A stretch of 64,000 nucleotides of DNA from Acidobacteriota bacterium (GTDB taxonomy: Bacteria; Acidobacteriota; Thermoanaerobaculia; Multivoradales; UBA5704): the NCBI GenBank assembly GCA_040005235.1, contig JBDTZG010000005.1, forward strand, positions 32,001 to 96,000, written 5' to 3'. Positions 54,409 through 64,000 of the stretch are shown piece after piece. Position 1 is the first letter of the stretch. Each line of letters begins with the position of its first letter. The notes under the pieces were generated by a model. It was not told the origin of the DNA. It saw only the letters and a program-made list of their open reading frames with translations, and made no database searches. Position numbers and translations under genes: made by a program.

Positions 54409-55112
54409 GCGAAGCCGGCGAGGCCGCTGCCGCGGCTCCGGCCGAAATGCCCGCCGAAAAACCGACTGAAAAGCCGACTGAAAAACCGGCTTGGGAGCGG
54501 GACCCGGTCGTCCCGGAGTGGCGCGAGGCGGACGACGATCCGCTCGCGGCGGCGCTGCGCGAGGCCCTGCCCGAGGCGATCCGGTCGGCGAAGACTTTCG
54601 CGGGCGATCTGACCCTCGACGTCGAGCGCGAGCGGTTGGCGGACGTGGCGCGGGAGCTGAAAACCACGCACGGCTTCTCGCTGATCGTCGATCTGTGCGG
54701 CGCCGACTACCCCAACCGCGAGCCGCGGTTCGATGTCGTCGTTCATCTCGCGAGCCTGCCTCCCGATCGGGCGTACCGGGTCGTGCGCTTGAAGACCCAG
54801 ACCGACGAGGCGACTCCGGTGCCTACGCTCACCGGCGTCTATCGCGGTGCCAACTGGCCGGAGCGCGAGGTTTTCGACATGTACGGTGTGCGCTTCGAAG
54901 GCCATCCCGACATGACCCGCATTCTCCTCTGGGAGGGGTTCAACGGCCACCCGCTGCGCAAGGAGTTTCCGGTCGAGGGGATCGACACGGGGGCCGCGAT
55001 CTATCCCGAGCATTACGGAGAAACCACGGGGCCAGTCGCTGGGACCGGTACGGGGTGGAAACCGCCGAAGCCGGCGCCGAGCACCGAAGAGGAAGAGGGC
55101 GAGGACGGATGA
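54405..55112 (+). CDS. nuoC: NADH-quinone oxidoreductase subunit C
   Basis: [42 protein letters not shown]. Confidence 0.94.
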   Translation: MSEAGEAAAAAPAEMPAEKPTEKPTEKPAWERDPVVPEWREADDDPLAAALREALPEAIRSAKTFAGDLTLDVERERLADVARELKTTHGFSLIVDLCGADYPNREPRFDVVVHLASLPPDRAYRVVRLKTQTDEATPVPTLTGVYRGANWPEREVFDMYGVRFEGHPDMTRILLWEGFNGHPLRKEFPVEGIDTGAAIYPEHYGETTGPVAGTGTGWKPPKPAPSTEEEEGEDG

Positions 55113-56239
55113 GCGCCGAGCCCACCGATGCCCTTTTTCAGGGCGAGGAGATGGAGCTGTCGTTCGGGCCGCAGCATCCGGCGACCCACGGCGTGCTGCG
55201 ATTGAATTTAAAGATCGAAGGGGAGCGGATCGTCGGTTGTTACCCGATCATAGGCTATCTCCATCGCGGCACCGAGAAGCTGTTCGAGCTGCATCCGTTC
55301 TTTCAAAACGTGCCGCACACCGACCGGATGGATTACGTGGCTGCGGCGACCAACAACCTCGCATACGTAGGGGCGGTCGAGAAGCTGGTGGGGCTCACCG
55401 TGCCGCCACGGGCGCGCTACATCCGGACGATCCTCGCCGAGCTCCAGCGGATCTCCTCGCACCTGGTCTGGCTCGCGACCCACGCGATCGACATCGGGGC
55501 GATGACGCCGTTCTTCTACTGCTTCCGCGAACGGGAGCGGGTGCTCGACCTGTTCGAGCAATATTGCGGCGCGCGCCTGACCCTCAACTGCATGCGCCCC
55601 GGCGGCCTGCCGTTCGATCTGCCGGCCGGCTGGGCGGACGCCTGCCGCCGATTCTGCGACGACTATCCTGCGAAGATCGACGAGTACGAGGGGCTGCTCA
55701 CCGAGAACCGGATCTGGAAGCGGCGCACGGTCGGTGTGGGCGTCCTGTCGCCCGAGGCGGCGATCGATCTCGGCGTGACCGGCCCGATGCTGCGGGCGAG
55801 TGGCGTCGGCTTCGATTTGAGGAAAGCGCGCCCCTACGAGGCGTACGGCGAGGTCGAATTCGCGGTGCCGGTCGCCCAGAACGGCGACACCTACGACCGG
55901 TACCTCGTGCGGATGGCAGAGATGAGGGAGTCGACCAAGATCGTCCTCCAGTGCCTCGATTTGCTTCCGGGGACCGACGGCGGGCCGATCCTGGCGAAGC
56001 GGCCACGCGTGCTCAAAGGCCCGAAGGCCGAGGTCTACCACGGAATCGAGGGACCGAAGGGGGAGATCGGTTTCTACATCGTGGGCGACGGAAGCCCAAA
56101 CCCCTATCGCTGTCACGTCCGGCCGCCTTCGTTCATGAATCTTCAGGCGCTGCCCGATCTCGCGATCGGTCACATGGTGGCCGACCTGGTGGCGTTGATC
56201 GGATCGACCGACATCGTCCTCGGCGAGGTCGACCGGTGA
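55109..56239 (+). CDS. nuoD: NADH-quinone oxidoreductase subunit D
   Basis: FGPQHPATHGVLRL, IGYLHRGTEK, DRMDY, EGPKGE, DIVLGEVDR. Confidence 0.96.
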   Translation: MSAEPTDALFQGEEMELSFGPQHPATHGVLRLNLKIEGERIVGCYPIIGYLHRGTEKLFELHPFFQNVPHTDRMDYVAAATNNLAYVGAVEKLVGLTVPPRARYIRTILAELQRISSHLVWLATHAIDIGAMTPFFYCFRERERVLDLFEQYCGARLTLNCMRPGGLPFDLPAGWADACRRFCDDYPAKIDEYEGLLTENRIWKRRTVGVGVLSPEAAIDLGVTGPMLRASGVGFDLRKARPYEAYGEVEFAVPVAQNGDTYDRYLVRMAEMRESTKIVLQCLDLLPGTDGGPILAKRPRVLKGPKAEVYHGIEGPKGEIGFYIVGDGSPNPYRCHVRPPSFMNLQALPDLAIGHMVADLVALIGSTDIVLGEVDR

Positions 56240-57333
56240 TTCCAGTCGCTGTGGTCGCCACCCTGCCGTTCGGACTCGAATCACTGCGCGCGGCGGCGGG
56301 GGACACGCTGTTCTATTTTGCGATCTCGCCTGCGCTCAAGATCCTCGGCCTGGTATTCCTCGCGATCCTGCCGGTGATCACCTATCTGGTGCTCGCCGAG
56401 CGGAAGATCCTCGGCTTCCTCCAGGTTCGCGTCGGCCCGAACCGGGTAGGGCCGTGGGGACTGCTCCAGCCGATCGCGGACGTGATGAAACTGCTGGTGA
56501 AGGAAGACACGATCCCCAGCCGCGCGGTGCGTTGGGCGTTCGTGCTCGCGCCCTGCCTGGTGGTGGCTCCCGCTCTGGTGATCTTCTCCGTCGTGCCGGT
56601 CGGTCCGCCGTCTTCGACCCCCGGCGGGTTCTCGGGGTTCGTCACCGACATCGACACGGGGGTTCTGTTCGTCATCGCAGTCGCGACGATCGGGGTCTAC
56701 GGTTTGATCCTCGGCGGCTGGTCGTCGAACAACAAGTTTTCCTTGATGGGCGGCCTGCGCGCTGCAGCGCAGATGATCTCTTACGAGGTGCCGCAGGGGC
56801 TCGCCCTGGTCGGACCCTTGATGCTCGCGGGAACGATGTCGATGGTCGGGATTGTCGAGGCGCAGCGCGGCGCGCGGGTCTGGTACGTCTTTCCACAGCT
56901 GGTCTCGTTCTTCATCTATATGGTGGCCGGGGTGGCCGAGACGAACCGCAATCCGTTCGACCTGCCCGAAGCGGAATCCGAGCTGGTGGCGGGGTTCCAC
57001 ACCGAATACAGCGGAATGCGCTTCGCTCTGTTCTTCCTCGGCGAGTACGCGAACATGATCGCGGTGTCCGCCGTCGCGACCACGCTGTTCTTGGGCGGCT
57101 GGCTGCGGCCGTTCCCCAGCGTTGCCTGGCTTTCGCCGCTCGACGTGGTGCCGGGGGCGATCTGGTTCGCACTCAAAGTCTTTGTCTTCCTGTTCGTCTA
57201 CATCTGGTTTCGCGGCACCTTCCCGCGCTATCGCTTCGATCAGCTGATGGCGCTCGGTTGGAAATGGCTCTTGCCGCTCGCGCTCGCGAACATCTTCGGG
57301 ACCGCCCTGATCAAGCTCTGGCTCGCGAGGTGA
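56236..57333 (+). CDS. nuoH: NADH-quinone oxidoreductase subunit H
   Basis: ERK...Q.RVGPNRVGPWGLLQPIAD, AQMISYE, ETNRNPFDLPEAESELVAGF.TEYSG. Confidence 0.96.
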   Translation: MIPVAVVATLPFGLESLRAAAGDTLFYFAISPALKILGLVFLAILPVITYLVLAERKILGFLQVRVGPNRVGPWGLLQPIADVMKLLVKEDTIPSRAVRWAFVLAPCLVVAPALVIFSVVPVGPPSSTPGGFSGFVTDIDTGVLFVIAVATIGVYGLILGGWSSNNKFSLMGGLRAAAQMISYEVPQGLALVGPLMLAGTMSMVGIVEAQRGARVWYVFPQLVSFFIYMVAGVAETNRNPFDLPEAESELVAGFHTEYSGMRFALFFLGEYANMIAVSAVATTLFLGGWLRPFPSVAWLSPLDVVPGAIWFALKVFVFLFVYIWFRGTFPRYRFDQLMALGWKWLLPLALANIFGTALIKLWLAR

Positions 57334-57338
57334 GACGG

Positions 57339-57821
57339 GTGACCGCCTGGAGGCGTTTCCTCGACCGGTTTCTGCTGCTCGACCTGTTCGCGGGTCTGGC
57401 GATCACCGGCCGCGCCCTCTTCCGGAAGAAGGAGACGGTGCAGTACCCGGAGGAGCGCCTGGCGCCCGCGCACCGGTTCCGCGGCATGTTCCGGCTCGAC
57501 GAGGAACGCTGCATCAAGTGCAACCTCTGCGCGATCGACTGCCCGATCGACATCATCTATATCGATTGGCACCAGGAGCTGAACGAGGCGACGGGCAAGA
57601 AGGAAAAGAAGCTCGATCGATTCGACATCGACCTCCAGCGCTGCATGTTCTGCGGCCTGTGCGAGACGGGCTGCCCGACCGAGCCGAAATCGATTTGGCT
57701 GACCACCAAGACGTATGAGCTGGCGACCTACGATCGTTGGCAACATCTCTACGCGGACAAGGGGCAGCTCGAAGAATGGCGCGGACGCCCCGCCTATACC
57801 GACGAGGAGATCGCGGAATGA
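57339..57821 (+). CDS. nuoI: NADH-quinone oxidoreductase subunit I
   Basis: TVQYPEE, RFRG, CIKCNLCAIDCP and CMFCGLCETGCP. Confidence 0.94.
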   Translation: MTAWRRFLDRFLLLDLFAGLAITGRALFRKKETVQYPEERLAPAHRFRGMFRLDEERCIKCNLCAIDCPIDIIYIDWHQELNEATGKKEKKLDRFDIDLQRCMFCGLCETGCPTEPKSIWLTTKTYELATYDRWQHLYADKGQLEEWRGRPAYTDEEIAE

Positions 57822-58366
57822 GCTTTCTCGCGGGGTTTCTTCAGGAAAACGGCGCGGCGATTCTGTTCTACCTGTTCGCGGGGCTCTCTCTGGCGGGTGC
57901 CGTCGGCGTGGTCACGTGGAAAAGCCCGATGAACGGCGCGCTGTCGCTTCTGGTGACGTTTCTCGCCGTGGCGGCGCTTTTTCTGCTGCGCCATGCGGGG
58001 TTCGTGGGCATCGTCCAGATTTTCGTCTATGGCGGCGGGATCATGGTGCTCTTCCTGTTCGTCATCATGCTGGTCAACCTGAACCGGATCGAAGCGTCGG
58101 AGCGGGTCTGGCGCCAGACGCCCTGGGCGTTGTTGCTTTCGCTTCTGTTCGTTGGGGTAGTGGGAGTGATTGCCCGCGCGAATTGGGCCGGGGTGTCGAC
58201 CGCCGGCTCGGCCGAACGGTTGCGGACTTTCGGCGGCGAGGTCGTCGGCAACCCGCAGGCGCTTGGCCAGGAGCTGTTCCGCCATTACCTTTTGCCTTTC
58301 GAGATCGCGTCACTTTTTCTGCTCGTCGCGATGATCGGCGCGGTGGTGCTCGGGAGGCGCGAATGA
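57818..58366 (+). CDS. nuoJ: NADH-quinone oxidoreductase subunit J
   Basis: QIFVYGGGIMVLFLFVIML, YLLPFEIASLFLLVAMIGAVVL. Confidence 0.94.
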   Translation: MSFLAGFLQENGAAILFYLFAGLSLAGAVGVVTWKSPMNGALSLLVTFLAVAALFLLRHAGFVGIVQIFVYGGGIMVLFLFVIMLVNLNRIEASERVWRQTPWALLLSLLFVGVVGVIARANWAGVSTAGSAERLRTFGGEVVGNPQALGQELFRHYLLPFEIASLFLLVAMIGAVVLGRRE

Positions 58367-58695
58367 AACCCTCCGATTTGGCGAGCGTGTGGAACGTGGG
58401 AACCGAGCACTACCTGGCGCTCAGCCTGATGCTGTTCGGGATCGGGCTGTTCGGCGTGATCAACCGGCGCAACCTGATCACGATCCTGATGTCGATCGAG
58501 TTGATGTTGAACGCCGTGAACTTGAATCTGGTGGCGTTCTCCTATCAGCGCGGCGATCTGCTCGGCCAGGTGTTCACGATGTTCACGATCACCGTTGCGG
58601 CGGGGGAGGCGGCGGTGGGTTTGGGCATCTTGCTCGCCATGTTCCGCCTGCGCCAGACGACGCGGGTCGATGCGGCCCAAGAGCTGGAAGGCTAG
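58363..58695 (+). CDS. nuoK: NADH-quinone oxidoreductase subunit K
   Basis: RRNLITILMSIELMLNAVNLN, TVAAGEAAVGL. Confidence 0.95.
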   Translation: MKPSDLASVWNVGTEHYLALSLMLFGIGLFGVINRRNLITILMSIELMLNAVNLNLVAFSYQRGDLLGQVFTMFTITVAAGEAAVGLGILLAMFRLRQTTRVDAAQELEG

Positions 58696-58699
58696 ACCG

Positions 58700-60769
<2,070 letters not shown>

Positions 60770-60798
60770 GGGTCGGTTCGTTTTCGAGGGGGAGCGCC

Positions 60799-62358
60799 AT
60801 GTTCGACGGGGTACACGAAGTACCGATCCTTTCGCTGATCTGCTTCCTGCCTTTGGCGGGGGCGCTCGTGGTGATGTTCGCTCTGCGCGATCCGGCGACC
60901 ATCCGGCGATTCGCGTTCGGGGTGGCGCTGATCGATTTTCTCCTCTCGCTGCCGCTCTGGTTCATGTTCGACCCCCAAGGCCCGCTCTTTCAGTTCAAGG
61001 AAGGTCTCGATTGGATTCCCTCGATCGGCGTCCGCTACGAGATGGGGATCGACGGCATCGCCCTGCTGCTGGTGCTGCTCACCACCCTCTTGGGCACGCT
61101 CGCGTTTCTTTCGTCCTGGAGCGCGATCCGCGAGCGGGAAAAGGAGTACTACACATTCCTGCTGCTCCTACAAACCGGCATGTTGGGGGTGTTCTGCGCG
61201 CTCGACTTCTTCCTGTTCTACGTCTTTTGGGAGGTCATGCTGGTGCCGATGTATTTCTTGATAGGCATCTGGGGCGGGCCGCGGCGGCTCTATGCTTCGA
61301 TCAAGTTCTTCCTCTATACCCTCGTCGGTTCGGTGCTGATGCTGCTGGGGATTCTCGCGCTCTACTTCTGGAACGGGCGGGGATTGTTCGGTTGGACCGG
61401 CGCGGGCAACCCGCTCTCGTTCTCGATCGAACAGTTCCATCGCATCGGGCCGTCGATCCCGGCCGATCTGCAATTCTGGATCTTTCTGGCCTTCTTCGTC
61501 GGCTTTGCGATCAAAGTGCCGATGTTCCCGTTTCACACCTGGCTGCCTGATGCGCACGTCGAAGCTCCGACCGCAGGGTCGGTGATCCTCGCGGGCGTTC
61601 TGCTCAAGATGGGAACCTACGGCTTCGTCCGGTTTTCGCTGCCGATTCTCCCCGAGGCGACGCGCCGGCTGGTCCCTTGGATGGTCGGTCTTTCGGTCGT
61701 CGCCATTCTCTACGGTGCGCTTTGCGCGATGGCGCAGCGTGACATGAAGAAGCTGGTCGCCTACTCGTCGGTCTCGCACCTGGGATTCGTGACGCTCGGC
61801 ATCTTCGCCTTGAACGGCCCAGGCCTTTCGGGCGGCGTGCTCCAGATGATCAATCACGGTCTTTCGACCGGTGCGCTGTTCCTGCTGGTCGGCGTGCTCT
61901 ACGAGCGGCGGCATACGCGGCAGATCGCGGATTTCGGCGGCCTTTCGGCTGTCATGCCGCGGTACGCGACGATCTTCCTGATCGTCACCCTCGCATCGAT
62001 TGGCGTGCCGACCTTAAACGGCTTCGTCGGCGAATTCACGATCCTGATCGGCGCTTTCTCTCGGAGCTGGCTCTGGGCGATCGCCGCGACGCTCGGGATC
62101 GTGCTCGGTGCGGCGTACATGCTCTGGATGTTCCAGCGGGTCTTCTTCGGTCCGGTGAGCCACGAGGAGAACCGGAAACTCCCGGATCTTTCGGGCCGCG
62201 AGCTGGTCTACCTGCTGCCGATCGTGGCGCTTTGCTTCTGGATCGGCCTTTACCCCAAGCCGTTCTTCCGGATTCTGGAAAAGCCGGTCGCCTTTCTGGT
62301 GGAGAACGCCGAGCGGGCGGCAACGGTCGCGACCCCCGACGCGGCTCTGGGACGCTGA
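60799..62358 (+). CDS. nuoM: NADH-quinone oxidoreductase subunit M
   Basis: FYVFWEVMLVPMYFLIGIWG, KVPMFPFHTWLPDAHVEAPTAGS, KKLVAYSSVSH. Confidence 0.96.
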   Translation: MFDGVHEVPILSLICFLPLAGALVVMFALRDPATIRRFAFGVALIDFLLSLPLWFMFDPQGPLFQFKEGLDWIPSIGVRYEMGIDGIALLLVLLTTLLGTLAFLSSWSAIREREKEYYTFLLLLQTGMLGVFCALDFFLFYVFWEVMLVPMYFLIGIWGGPRRLYASIKFFLYTLVGSVLMLLGILALYFWNGRGLFGWTGAGNPLSFSIEQFHRIGPSIPADLQFWIFLAFFVGFAIKVPMFPFHTWLPDAHVEAPTAGSVILAGVLLKMGTYGFVRFSLPILPEATRRLVPWMVGLSVVAILYGALCAMAQRDMKKLVAYSSVSHLGFVTLGIFALNGPGLSGGVLQMINHGLSTGALFLLVGVLYERRHTRQIADFGGLSAVMPRYATIFLIVTLASIGVPTLNGFVGEFTILIGAFSRSWLWAIAATLGIVLGAAYMLWMFQRVFFGPVSHEENRKLPDLSGRELVYLLPIVALCFWIGLYPKPFFRILEKPVAFLVENAERAATVATPDAALGR

Positions 62359-62359
62359 G

Positions 62360-63847
62360 ATGCCTTTTCCTTCGGCCATCTCGCTCAGAGATGTCGCTCT
62401 GATCGGACCGGAGCTGCTCCTGGGGGCGGCGGGCATGCTGCTGCTCGTGGCCGGGGCGATCGGCAAGGGTCTGTCGCAAAAGGACGCCGCCAGAGTCGCG
62501 GGATTCAGCCTGGCGCTGGGGGCGGCGGTTCTGTTCGAGGTGCGCTCGGTGGTGGGTAGGGTCCCCGCCCGGTTGTTCGGCGGCAGCCTCGCCCTCGACG
62601 GCTATTCGTTCTTCTGGCAGCTCCTGGCGCTCGCCTCCGTCGGGCTGGTGGTCCTGATGTCGTCGCGGGGCCTCGAGTCGATCGCCTCCCGCGCGTCGGA
62701 GTATTTCGCGCTGCTCCTGATCGCGACCTCCGCCTTGATGCTGATGGTCGCGGCACTCGATCTGCTGACGCTCTGGATCGCGCTCGAAACGATGGCGCTT
62801 TCGAGTTACATCCTGGCCGGGATCTTTACTCGCGAGCGGCGCTCGAACGAGGCGGCGATCAAATATTTCGTGCTCGGCGCGCTCTCGTCGGCCATTCTTC
62901 TCTACGGCATTTCGCTGCTCTATGGGGCGACCGGCACTCTCGACCTCGAAGCGCTGGCGCAGGCCATGCCCGCGGCGCTTGCTCAAGGCAGCCGGATCGC
63001 GCCGCTGGGCGGCCTGCTGGTCGCCGCCGGGTTGTTGTTCAAGATCGCCGCGGCGCCGTTTCATTTTTGGGTTCCGGACGTGTACGTCGGAGCGCCCACG
63101 CCGATCACTGCGTTTCTCGCCAGCGCCTCGAAGCTCGCGTCGTTTGCGGTGCTCGGCCGGGTGTTTCTTCTCGCCTTCGGGGGAGTGCGGGTCGAGTGGC
63201 AGCCGGTGATCGCCGGGATCGCCGTGCTGAGCATGTTCTGGGGCAACGTCGGGGCGCTCACCCAGTCGAACGTCAAGCGGCTGCTCGCCTACAGCTCAAT
63301 CGCCCACGCCGGCTACCTCTTGATCGGGGTGCTCGCCGCCTCCGAAACCGGCCTCTGGGCCGCGATGTTCTATGCCGCGGCGTATGCGTTCATGACGATC
63401 GGGGCCTTTTCGGTCGTCGCCCTCTGGAGCCGGGGCCAATATGCGGCGGAATCCTGCTCCGACTACGCCGGGCTCGGCCGCCGTTCGCCGTATCTGTCGG
63501 CCTCGATGCTGATTTTCCTGATCGGGCTTACCGGGATTCCGCCGACCGGCGGATTCTTCGGCAAGGTGTTCCTGTTCGCGGCGGCGGTCGAAGCCGGCTG
63601 GACCGGGGTCGCCGTGGTGGGTGTGCTGACGAGCGCCCTCTCGCTCTATTTCTACTTCCGGATCGTCGTCTTCCTCTATTTTACGCCCGCCGCCGAACCG
63701 GCCATGCATTGGGAGACGTCGCCCCCCCCGGCGATTTCGGCCGCCTCGATCGGCGTCGGCCTCTGCGCTGCCCTTACGCTTGCTCTCGGGATCTTTCCCG
63801 GCCCGCTGATCGACCTGGTCAAACAGAGCCTGCTCGCCATGCGATAA
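62360..63847 (+). CDS. nuoN: NADH-quinone oxidoreductase subunit N
   Basis: SNEAAIKYF.LGA, FKIAAAPFHFWVPDVYVGAP, KRLLAYSSIAHAGY, GIPPTGGFFGK. Confidence 0.96.
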   Translation: MPFPSAISLRDVALIGPELLLGAAGMLLLVAGAIGKGLSQKDAARVAGFSLALGAAVLFEVRSVVGRVPARLFGGSLALDGYSFFWQLLALASVGLVVLMSSRGLESIASRASEYFALLLIATSALMLMVAALDLLTLWIALETMALSSYILAGIFTRERRSNEAAIKYFVLGALSSAILLYGISLLYGATGTLDLEALAQAMPAALAQGSRIAPLGGLLVAAGLLFKIAAAPFHFWVPDVYVGAPTPITAFLASASKLASFAVLGRVFLLAFGGVRVEWQPVIAGIAVLSMFWGNVGALTQSNVKRLLAYSSIAHAGYLLIGVLAASETGLWAAMFYAAAYAFMTIGAFSVVALWSRGQYAAESCSDYAGLGRRSPYLSASMLIFLIGLTGIPPTGGFFGKVFLFAAAVEAGWTGVAVVGVLTSALSLYFYFRIVVFLYFTPAAEPAMHWETSPPPAISAASIGVGLCAALTLALGIFPGPLIDLVKQSLLAMR

Positions 63848-63921
63848 GCTCTCGGTTGAGGGCGCCCGGATCGGAGCGCCGGAATCGAGATCAGGTGCCG
63901 TAAATGGCGAGGGGAGCTCCC

Positions 63922-64000
63922 GTGGCAAAAGAGAGCGGTGACCACCAAAAGGGGTGGGACTTCGAGGCGGCGGCCATGCCCTTCGTCGATGCGCTCTACA
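63922..64000 (+). CDS. ECF sigma factor, N-terminal fragment running off the window
   Basis: GTG after GGGGAG: VAKESGDHQKGWDFEAAAMPFVDALY resembles the FE...MP..D.LY start of SigR/RpoE-type sigma factors. Confidence 0.6.
   Translation, partial: MAKESGDHQKGWDFEAAAMPFVDALY

Noticed and set aside
54461-54490. Short 12-bp repeat in nuoC (EKPT units)
   Set aside because: Ordinary low-complexity N-terminal linker.

Overview
High-GC bacterial DNA, most consistent with Acidobacteriota, possibly Thermoanaerobaculia (ADOP-type permease, IPTL-CTERM-like sorting signal, Hanks kinase/TPR and sigma-54 signalling). This taxonomy is an inference. The right part (about 37-64 kb) is mostly housekeeping: UDP-sugar enzymes, mlaDFE, a Fur-led FTR1/DUF2318/ABC iron-uptake operon, an 11-gene complex I operon without nuoEFG, and a partial ECF sigma factor. 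The left part is accessory-rich: partial kaiB, katE, tRNA-Gly(TCC), a two-component pair, an ice-binding-like protein, an HNH nuclease, TA modules, a WYL regulator and NAD-GDH. The most notable observations are: (1) a compact module in which a GAF/sigma-54 activator is translationally coupled to a membrane Ser/Thr kinase-TPR, flanked on both sides by small genes with sigma-54 -24/-12 promoters (an aegerolysin and a DP-EP-like protein); (2) a 527-bp cassette encoding a signal-pro-8Cys knottin-like precursor, apparently acquired by replacing the 3' end of an ACP-FAAL-acyltransferase gene (175-bp diverged direct repeat); (3) two intergenic arrays of short palindromes with 20- and 21-bp periods; (4) a split Rpn locus that keeps two intact internal RpnS-like ORFs and would rebuild a full-length gene on a 1035-bp circle; (5) an ABC ATPase fused to a DtxR/MntR-like metal-binding domain. 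All family calls come from motif recognition by eye; no database search was run.
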